From positions 18,636 through 82,635 of the forward strand of contig JAKEFM010000284.1 in NCBI GenBank assembly GCA_022616055.1: DNA of 64,000 bases. Reading direction: 5' to 3'. A program made the translations under genes and the position numbers. Numbering within the stretch: position 1 is the first letter of the stretch; each line of letters opens with the position of its first letter. The DNA is from Planctomycetota bacterium (GTDB lineage Bacteria > Planctomycetota > UBA1135 > JAKEFM01). Shown piece by piece: positions 57,792 through 64,000 of this stretch. The notes beneath the pieces were generated by a model. It saw only the letters and a list, made by a program, of their open reading frames with translations, had not been told where the DNA came from and did not search any database.

Positions 57792-59048
57792 ATGATCTCC
57801 CTCCTCCTCCTCCTCCCGAGCCTCGTCCAGGAGCCCGCGAAGACCTCGCCGGCGGAACGAGCGATCGCTCAGGCGAGGAAGGCGATCGAGAAGTCGCCGG
57901 CAAGGGCCGAGCCCTGGAACGCCCTCGCCTTCGCCTTCGCGCGCCGGGCGCGAGAGACGTCGGATCCGACCTTCTACGAGCAGGCCGAGGACGTCGTCGA
58001 CAAGTCCCTCGAGATCTCCCCCGACAACTTCGAGGGGAGGAAGGCCGAGGTCTGGGTCCTCCTTGGCAAGCACGAGTTCGGCCGGGCGCTCGCGGAGGCG
58101 AGGGTCCTGAATCGCAGGGCGCCCGACGACGTCCTCGTCTACGGGCTCCTCGCCGACGCCGCGGCCGAGCTCGGGAGGTACGACGAGGCGGAGAAGGCGG
58201 TCGACTGGATGCTCGACCTCCGGCCCGGGAACGTCCCCGCGCTCACGAGGGCCGCCTATCTCCGGGAGGTGTTCGGCGACGTCGACGGCGCCCTGGAAGG
58301 GATGAACCAGGCCTTCGAGCAGGTGAACCCGTCCGAGACCGAGGACCGGACCTGGATCCTGACCCACGTGGGTCACCTCCATCTCTCCGTCGGGAAGGTC
58401 GAGGAGGCCGAGGGGGCGCTGACGGCCGCCCTCGACCTCTTCCCCGGCTACCCCTACGCGCTCGCCCAGCTCGCCCGTGTCCGGACGGCGCAGGGAAGGC
58501 ACGCCGAGGCGGCGGACCTCCTGAAGCGACGCTGCGAGGCCGCCCCCCATCCCGAGAACCACTTCGACCTCGCCGTCGCCCTCGAGCGGGCCGGGAAGGG
58601 GGAGGAGGCCGCCGCCCTGTTCGCGAAGTTCGAGCGGCTCGCCCGCCGGGAGATGGAGGGGGCCGACAACTCCAACCGTGAGCTCGTCGCCTACTACCTC
58701 GACCACTCCCGCTCGAAGGTCTTCGGAAAGGAGGAGGCCCTCCGGATCGCCCGCCGCGAGGCGGGACACCGGCGGGACCTCCTCACCCTCGATTGCCTCG
58801 CCCGGGCTCTCTCGGCGAACGGCGAGGACGCGCAGGCGCGGAAGGAGATCGAGGCGGCCCTCGCCGTCGGGACCCGGGACGCGAGGATCCTCTTCCACGC
58901 GGGCTCGATCGCGGCGAGGCAGGGGGATCGCGAGGCGGCGGCGGGCTATCTCCGCACGTCGCTCGAGGCGAACCCCCTTTCCGAGGTCGCCGAGGCGGCG
59001 AGGAAGGCGCTCGAGACCCTCGAGCCTGCGAAGACCGCCGCGCGCTGA
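57792..59048 (+). CDS. Tetratricopeptide-repeat protein (exported)
   Basis: 418 aa. Signal-like N-terminus MISLLLLLPSLVQ. TPR-like helical hairpins recur (W-x-x-L-A-x-A-F..., YGLLADAAAELGRYDEAEKAVDWMLDLRPGN, ALAQLARVRTAQGRHAEAADLLKR). Confidence 0.8.
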   Translation: MISLLLLLPSLVQEPAKTSPAERAIAQARKAIEKSPARAEPWNALAFAFARRARETSDPTFYEQAEDVVDKSLEISPDNFEGRKAEVWVLLGKHEFGRALAEARVLNRRAPDDVLVYGLLADAAAELGRYDEAEKAVDWMLDLRPGNVPALTRAAYLREVFGDVDGALEGMNQAFEQVNPSETEDRTWILTHVGHLHLSVGKVEEAEGALTAALDLFPGYPYALAQLARVRTAQGRHAEAADLLKRRCEAAPHPENHFDLAVALERAGKGEEAAALFAKFERLARREMEGADNSNRELVAYYLDHSRSKVFGKEEALRIARREAGHRRDLLTLDCLARALSANGEDAQARKEIEAALAVGTRDARILFHAGSIAARQGDREAAAGYLRTSLEANPLSEVAEAARKALETLEPAKTAAR

Positions 59049-59109
59049 CCGCTCTTGGGGACGGGGGCCTCCGGACGCAAGATCGCCGTCCCGTCCGCGC
59101 GGAGGCCCC

Positions 59110-59910
59110 ATGACCCCACTCGTCCTCGCCCTCTCCCTCCTCCAACAGGAGAAGCCCGACGTCGTCTCCACCCGGTCGATGGACCGGATCAACTGGATGG
59201 AGTTCCGCGACGCCGTCCCCTCGAAGGTCCGGACGGTCCTCCTCCCGACCGGGACCCTCGAGCCCCACGGCGTGATCCCGAACGGCGCCGACAACCTCGC
59301 CCCTGCCGCCCTCGCCGAGGCCCTCGCCCGGAGGCTCAACGCCCTCGTCGCCCCGACGCTCCCCTACGGCGTCACGGGGAGCCTGGGCGCCTACCCGGGC
59401 GCCTTCAGCGTGAGCGAGGAGGCCTACCGGCCGTTCGTCCGGGAGGTCCTGGAGGGGCTCGCCCGCAACGGCTTCCGGAACCTCGTCGTCCTGAACGGGC
59501 ACGGCGGCCCGCAGACCGACATCCTGAACGCCGTCGCCGCCGACGTGGGCGCCGGGATGGGCGTCCGGACCCTCGTCGTCAACTGGTGGTCGACCTGCTC
59601 CGACGTGACGAAGGAGGTCTTCGGGGAGGACGGCGGGCACGCGGGGTGGAACGAGACCGCCTTCATCCAGGCGATCGCCCCGGACACGGTCCACCCCGAG
59701 CGGTACTCGGCCGACCTCGCCCTCCCCTACCCGCCGCCCCGGACCTGGTCCGCCTACCCCTTCCCCGCCACGATCGGCCTCTACCGCCCCGGGGAGGGGC
59801 TCCCCCGGTTCGATCCGGAGAAGGCCCGGACCTATTTCGAGCGCGTGCGGGACCACGTCGGAGCCCTCGTCGAGGACGTCATCCGGAGGTGGGACGCGGC
59901 GGGGGTTTGA
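59110..59910 (+). CDS. Creatininase/creatinine amidohydrolase family protein
   Basis: 266 aa with RBS GGAGG. Recognisable segments are VLLPTGTLEPHGVIPNGADN, LNGHGGP and GGHAGWNETA. Confidence 0.8.
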   Translation: MTPLVLALSLLQQEKPDVVSTRSMDRINWMEFRDAVPSKVRTVLLPTGTLEPHGVIPNGADNLAPAALAEALARRLNALVAPTLPYGVTGSLGAYPGAFSVSEEAYRPFVREVLEGLARNGFRNLVVLNGHGGPQTDILNAVAADVGAGMGVRTLVVNWWSTCSDVTKEVFGEDGGHAGWNETAFIQAIAPDTVHPERYSADLALPYPPPRTWSAYPFPATIGLYRPGEGLPRFDPEKARTYFERVRDHVGALVEDVIRRWDAAGV

Positions 59911-59948
59911 TCTTTCCGAAGGGAGTCGGCTACCTTCCTTCCCAAGGA

Positions 59949-60743
59949 ATGATCCTCCTCGCCCCCTGCCTCCTCGCCCTTCCCCTCGCGGAACGGGTGG
60001 AACTCCGGACCGACGACAAGTTCCTCGTCGTCGGGGACTACCAGGCCCCGAAAGGGGTCGCGAAGGGGACGCGCGTCCCCGCCGTCCTCCTCCTCCACGA
60101 CGCGATGGGGAGCCGGGCCGACGTCGCGGCGATCGCGGACGCGCTCGCGGCCGCGAAGATCGCCTCCCTCCGGATCGACCTGCGCGGCCACGGGGACAGT
60201 CGGACCTCCGAAGGGAGCGCGGAACCCCTCGACTTCAAGCAGGCGGAGTTCCGCGGGGAGAAGCCCTTCACCAAGATGCACCGAGAGGCGCGCGCCGCCG
60301 TCGAGCACTTCGAGGGTCGGGAGGAGGTGGATGCCGGGAACCTCGGGATCCTCGGCCTCGGCTCGGGAGGCTCGCTCGCGCTCCACTTCGCCGCAGGGGA
60401 GGAGAACGTCCGCGCGGCGGTCGCGGTCTGCCCGCCGGCACTCTCCGACCGGGGGTTCGACCTCGCGGAGGACCTGAAGAAGCTCGGCGCCCGCCCGATC
60501 CTCCTCGTCTGCGACAAGAAGGGGGAGCCGGTCGCCCTCGACCTCAAGAAGTTCGCCGCGCTCGCGGCCGGCGCGAAGCCGCTCGAGGTCCGCGTGACGA
60601 AGGAGGACGGAGCCGAGGCGGTCGCGCGCTTCCAGAGGCAGAGGAAGCAGAAGGGGATGGCGGCCGCCCTCCTCGAGGTGGAGAAGGGGCTCGACCGGGC
60701 GCTCGCGGCGTGGATCCGGGACCGGCTCGCCCCGGCGAAGTAG
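59949..60743 (+). CDS. Alpha/beta hydrolase (dienelactone-hydrolase-like), exported
   Basis: 264 aa. Signal peptide MILLAPCLLALPLA. Other segments are AVLLLHDAMGSRAD and DLRGHGDS. The nucleophile elbow G-x-S-x-G sits in ILGLGSGGSLAL. Confidence 0.75.
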   Translation: MILLAPCLLALPLAERVELRTDDKFLVVGDYQAPKGVAKGTRVPAVLLLHDAMGSRADVAAIADALAAAKIASLRIDLRGHGDSRTSEGSAEPLDFKQAEFRGEKPFTKMHREARAAVEHFEGREEVDAGNLGILGLGSGGSLALHFAAGEENVRAAVAVCPPALSDRGFDLAEDLKKLGARPILLVCDKKGEPVALDLKKFAALAAGAKPLEVRVTKEDGAEAVARFQRQRKQKGMAAALLEVEKGLDRALAAWIRDRLAPAK

Positions 60744-60755
60744 GCTAGGGGCGCC

Positions 60756-61223
60756 TCAGCGCGCGCCCGGCCGCTTCCCGCGCAGCTCCGCGACGAGGCC
60801 CCGGACGCACGTGGCGACCCGGTTGAACGTGTTCCGGAACGCCTCGGGCTCCAGGCCGAAGGGATCGGGGATGTCCTCCGAGGTGGCGTCGAAGGCGCCG
60901 AGGAGCGCGACCTTGCCAAGCGCCCCCGTCTCGTCGCGGAATCGCTTCAGTTCCTCGAGGTGGCGCTTCCCCATGCCGACGAGGAGGTCCGCCTCGCGCA
61001 CCACCGCCGCGTCGAGCGGCCTCGATCTGTATCCCGACAGCTCGACCCCAAACTCCCGGGCGACGATGACCCCGACGTCCGGCACCTTCTGGCCGGCCAT
61101 CGCCATCGTCCCCGCGGAGGAGGCCCTCGTGTCGAGGCTCGCCTTGGCCGCCTCGACGTTGAACAGGGCCTCCGCGAAGGGGGAGCGACAGAGGTTCCCC
61201 GTGCAGACGAAGAGGATCTTCAC
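60756..61223 (-). CDS. Low-molecular-weight protein-tyrosine phosphatase
   Basis: 155 aa from GTG 61223 (GTGA overlap with the nadK stop). The P-loop is VKILFVCTGNLCRSP (C-x5-R-S), and the downstream DPFG loop carries the general acid Asp. Confidence 0.88.
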   Translation of the reverse strand: MKILFVCTGNLCRSPFAEALFNVEAAKASLDTRASSAGTMAMAGQKVPDVGVIVAREFGVELSGYRSRPLDAAVVREADLLVGMGKRHLEELKRFRDETGALGKVALLGAFDATSEDIPDPFGLEPEAFRNTFNRVATCVRGLVAELRGKRPGAR

Positions 61224-62083
61224 CGCTTCCTCGCCAGGCGCGGCGGCTCGACGGGGACCTGGAGGTCGAAGGCCCCCTTCCACCCGAGGGTGTTCCGGAG
61301 CCGCGCGTAGTAGTCCCCTCCGACGGTCACGAGCCGGAACCGGGGCTTCGCGCGGGCGATCCCGATCCGGTCCTTCGCCCCGACCTCGACCCACTCCTGG
61401 CCGTCGGCGGCGAAGAGCGCCCCCTCGGCCGGCTCCCGGACCTGCAGCTCGACCGCCTCGTCTGCGGGGACGACGAGGGGCCGGTTGGTCAGGGTGTGGG
61501 GGCAGATCGGCGTCACGATGAAGGCGTCGAGGCCGGGGCCGACGATCGGCCCGCCCGCGGCGAGCCCGTAGCCGGTCGCCCCCGTCGGCGTCGCCACGAT
61601 GAGGCCGTCGCCGCGGTAGGCCGTGATCCCCTTCCCGCCGAGGAAGACCTCGATCGTCACCATCCCCGCGCGCGGGACCCTCTCGACGACGGCGTCGTTG
61701 AGCGCGAGGCCGCTCCACCGGACCTTCCCCCCCGCGCGGACCTCGAGGGAGAGCATCATCCTCTCCTCGACCTCGTGGCGCCCCTCGAGGACGCGCTCGA
61801 GGGCGTCCTTCACCTCCTCGGGCCGGACCGCGGCGAGGAAGCCGAGGCGCCCGAGGTTCACCCCGAGGGTCGGGACGGGATTCCCGGCGAGGCTCCGCGC
61901 CGCCCCGAGGATCGATCCGTCCCCGCCGAGGACGAGGAGGAGGTCGGCCTGGAGCCGGTCGAGCCCGGCGCCATCCATCTCGACGCCCACGACCTCGACG
62001 CGACGCCGCAGCCAGGGGAGGAGATCGTCGAGGACGGCGCGGACGGACCCCTTGCGGCGGTCGCCGAGGACGTGGACGCGCAT
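61220..62083 (-). CDS. nadK: NAD+ kinase
   Basis: 287 aa from ATG 62083 (ATGA overlap with the dxs stop). Motifs are LLLVLGGDGSILGAAR, LGVNLGRLGFL, RGDGLIVATPTGATGY and ICPHTL. Confidence 0.92.
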   Translation of the reverse strand: MRVHVLGDRRKGSVRAVLDDLLPWLRRRVEVVGVEMDGAGLDRLQADLLLVLGGDGSILGAARSLAGNPVPTLGVNLGRLGFLAAVRPEEVKDALERVLEGRHEVEERMMLSLEVRAGGKVRWSGLALNDAVVERVPRAGMVTIEVFLGGKGITAYRGDGLIVATPTGATGYGLAAGGPIVGPGLDAFIVTPICPHTLTNRPLVVPADEAVELQVREPAEGALFAADGQEWVEVGAKDRIGIARAKPRFRLVTVGGDYYARLRNTLGWKGAFDLQVPVEPPRLARKR

Positions 62084-64000
62084 CAGCCGAGCCGACGCGC
62101 GATCTCCTCGGCGACGGCGGCGGCGTCGAGGCCCGCTCCCCGGAGCTGATCTTCCCGCGAGGCGTGATCGATGAAGCGGTCGGGCACCGCGAAGCGGTGC
62201 AGGCGGGCGCGGGCTCCCGTCGCCTCCCCGAGCCGCTCGAGGACGGCCGAGCCGAACCCTCCCGCGTCGGCGTGGTCCTCGATCGTGAAGATCCACCGGT
62301 ACCGCGCGAAGGCGGCGTCGAGCGCCTCCCCGTCGAGGGGCTTGGCGAACCGGGCGTTCACGACCTCGAGGTCGATCCCCCGGCCGGCGAGGAGATCGGC
62401 CGCCTTCAAGGCGGTCCCGGCCATCGCCCCGAGGGAGAAGATCGCGGCGTGGCTCCCCGGGCGCAGCCGTTCGGCCTTCCCCAGTTCGATGGGAGAGCGG
62501 GGCGTGGGCCCGACCTCGGGGTCGGGGCACGACGCCCTCGGGTACCTAAGCGCCACGATGCGACCGGACTGCACGGCCCACCCGAGCATCATCCGTAGTT
62601 CCGTCTCGTCCCGGGGAGAAAGGAGGAGGATCCGGGGGTAGGTCCGCAGGAAAGCGATGTCGAACAAGCCGTTATGCGTGGGCCCGTCCTCCCCCACCAG
62701 CCCGGCCCGATCGAGGGCGAAGACGACCGGGGCCTCCGAGACGAGGACCTCCTGGAAGACCTGGTCGAGGCCTCTCTGGAGGAAGGTCGAGTAGATCGCC
62801 GCGACCGGGCGCATGCCCGCCCGCGCGAGGGCGGCGGAGAAGGCGACCGCGTGCTGCTCGGTGATCCCGGTGTCGAAGAACCGGTCGGGGAACTTCTCGG
62901 CGAAGGGGCGGAGCCCCGTGCCGTCGGGCATCGCCGCCGTGATCGCGACGACCTTCGGGTCCCGGGCGGCGACCTCGAGCATCGCGTCGCAGAAGGCCTG
63001 GGTGAACGACCTCTTCGGGCTCACCTTGACCGGGGCGACCTTCGTGGGGTCCTCCCCGACCGCCGGCTTGGGCTTCGGCGTCACCCCGTGCAGGCGCTGG
63101 GGGTCGGTCTCCGCGCCCTTCCCCCCCTTCCCCTTCTGCGTGAGGACGTGGAGGACGACGACCCCGTCGATCCGCTTCACGCGCTCGAGGACGTCGAGGA
63201 CCTTTAGCACGTCGTGCCCGTCGACCGGGCCGTAGTACTTGAGCCCGAGCGCCTCGAAGACGTGGCCCGGCACGATCACGTGGCGGGCGAGCTGGGCGAC
63301 GTCCTCCAGCGCCTGCTCGACCTTGTCGCCGAGCTTCCCCATCCGCTCGAGCCACTTGTCGAGCTCCTTCCGCGCCCCCGTGTAGAGGGGGCCCGTCCTC
63401 ACCCGCGTCAGGTACTCGGAGAGGGCGCCGACGGTCTTCGCGATCGACCACTCGTTGTCGTTCAGGACGACGAGGAGATCGCGCTTCTGGATCCCCGCGG
63501 CGTTGAGCGCCTCGAAGGCGACCCCGCAGCCCAGCGAAGCGTCGCCGATGACGGCGACGACGCGGCGGTCCTCGGCGAGGAGGTCGGCGCCGGCCTTCAG
63601 GCCGAGGGCGAGGGAGATCGAGGTCCCCGCGTGCCCCGTCGTGAAGAGGTCGTAGGGGGACTCCTGCGCGCACTGGAAGCCCGAGAGCCCCCCCTTCTGC
63701 CGGATCGTCCCGAATCGCCCGCGCCGCCCGGTGAGGAGCTTGTGGGGATAGGTCTGGTGGCCGACGTCCCAGACGAGGCGGTCCTTCCGGAAGTCGAAGG
63801 CGTGGTGGAGCGCCACCGTCAGCTCGACGACCCCGAGGTTCGAGCCGAGGTGGCCCCCGGTCTTCTCGAGGGTCTCGAAGATCGTCTGGCGGATCTCCGC
63901 CGCGAGCCGCGGCAGCGCCTCGCGCGGCAGCCGCCGGAGGTCCTCCGGCGAGTCGATCGTCGGGAGGATCGGCTCCGCGGGGATCGCGGCGCCGGCGGCG
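62083..64000 (-). CDS. dxs: 1-deoxy-D-xylulose-5-phosphate synthase (5' end at or beyond the window edge)
   Basis: The frame stays open to base 64000. Translation is ...PILPTIDSPEDLRRLPREALPRLAAEIRQTIFETLEKTGGHLGSNLGVVELTVALHHAFDFRKDRLVWDVGHQTYPHKLLTGR...TTGHAGTSISLALG...IGDASLGCGVAFEALN. Confidence 0.95.
   Translation of the reverse strand, partial: AAGAAIPAEPILPTIDSPEDLRRLPREALPRLAAEIRQTIFETLEKTGGHLGSNLGVVELTVALHHAFDFRKDRLVWDVGHQTYPHKLLTGRRGRFGTIRQKGGLSGFQCAQESPYDLFTTGHAGTSISLALGLKAGADLLAEDRRVVAVIGDASLGCGVAFEALNAAGIQKRDLLVVLNDNEWSIAKTVGALSEYLTRVRTGPLYTGARKELDKWLERMGKLGDKVEQALEDVAQLARHVIVPGHVFEALGLKYYGPVDGHDVLKVLDVLERVKRIDGVVVLHVLTQKGKGGKGAETDPQRLHGVTPKPKPAVGEDPTKVAPVKVSPKRSFTQAFCDAMLEVAARDPKVVAITAAMPDGTGLRPFAEKFPDRFFDTGITEQHAVAFSAALARAGMRPVAAIYSTFLQRGLDQVFQEVLVSEAPVVFALDRAGLVGEDGPTHNGLFDIAFLRTYPRILLLSPRDETELRMMLGWAVQSGRIVALRYPRASCPDPEVGPTPRSPIELGKAERLRPGSHAAIFSLGAMAGTALKAADLLAGRGIDLEVVNARFAKPLDGEALDAAFARYRWIFTIEDHADAGGFGSAVLERLGEATGARARLHRFAVPDRFIDHASREDQLRGAGLDAAAVAEEIARRLG

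Noticed and set aside
1-64000. Search for a mobile element, prophage, defence island (CRISPR-Cas, RM, CBASS, retron, DGR) or biosynthetic gene cluster.
   Set aside because: I recognised no integrase, transposase, reverse transcriptase, Cas, restriction/methylase, cyclase or PKS/NRPS motifs in any frame. I also saw no terminal inverted or direct repeats flanking a block. The only defence-like items are the unlinked MNT and HEPN genes.

Overview
This window is 64 kb of very GC-rich (about 70% by eye) bacterial chromosome, densely coding on both strands. The GC content fills the six-frame track with long R/P/G/A-rich shadow ORFs. I therefore called genes from protein-like composition, recognisable motifs, start/RBS context and stop-start coupling (ATGA/GTGA overlaps at 361, 29481, 45217, 55653, 61220, 62083). 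I support about 46 CDS and one gene fragment. I saw no rRNA, tRNA, CRISPR, integrase or transposase. Contents: (1) An ECF sigma factor plus a WD40 Ser/Thr kinase (1-3726). (2) An exported tricorn/S41-type protease. (3) Two paralogous single-polypeptide proteins with the architecture ECF sigma, one TM helix, CarboxypepD_reg-like repeats (7479-10439 and 51956-55081). Each lies directly upstream of, and co-oriented with, large secreted repeat proteins. (4) Five otherwise unrelated exoproteins (NIDO-like, esterase, 7-blade FG-GAP, 14x VCBS, a protein of ~55-aa repeats) plus one orphan fragment, all ending in the same ~100-130 aa C-terminal module. (5) A convergent pair of extremely acidic solenoid-like repeat proteins. 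(6) A complete reductive pyrimidine catabolic pathway (preT, preA, dihydropyrimidinase, beta-ureidopropionase, aminotransferase, mmsA), scattered and interrupted by BlaI/BlaR1-like, FG-GAP and cytochrome c peroxidase genes. (7) hsp20, nadK, dxs, an LMW-PTP, a DUF4331/TPR/creatininase/hydrolase block, and unlinked MNT and HEPN genes. My best candidate for an undescribed system combines the membrane-tethered sigma fusions, an ECF-type promoter in front of a C-terminal-module exoprotein gene, the shared C-terminal module, and the S41 protease next door. All family assignments come from motif recognition by eye; no database search, HMM or structure prediction was run.
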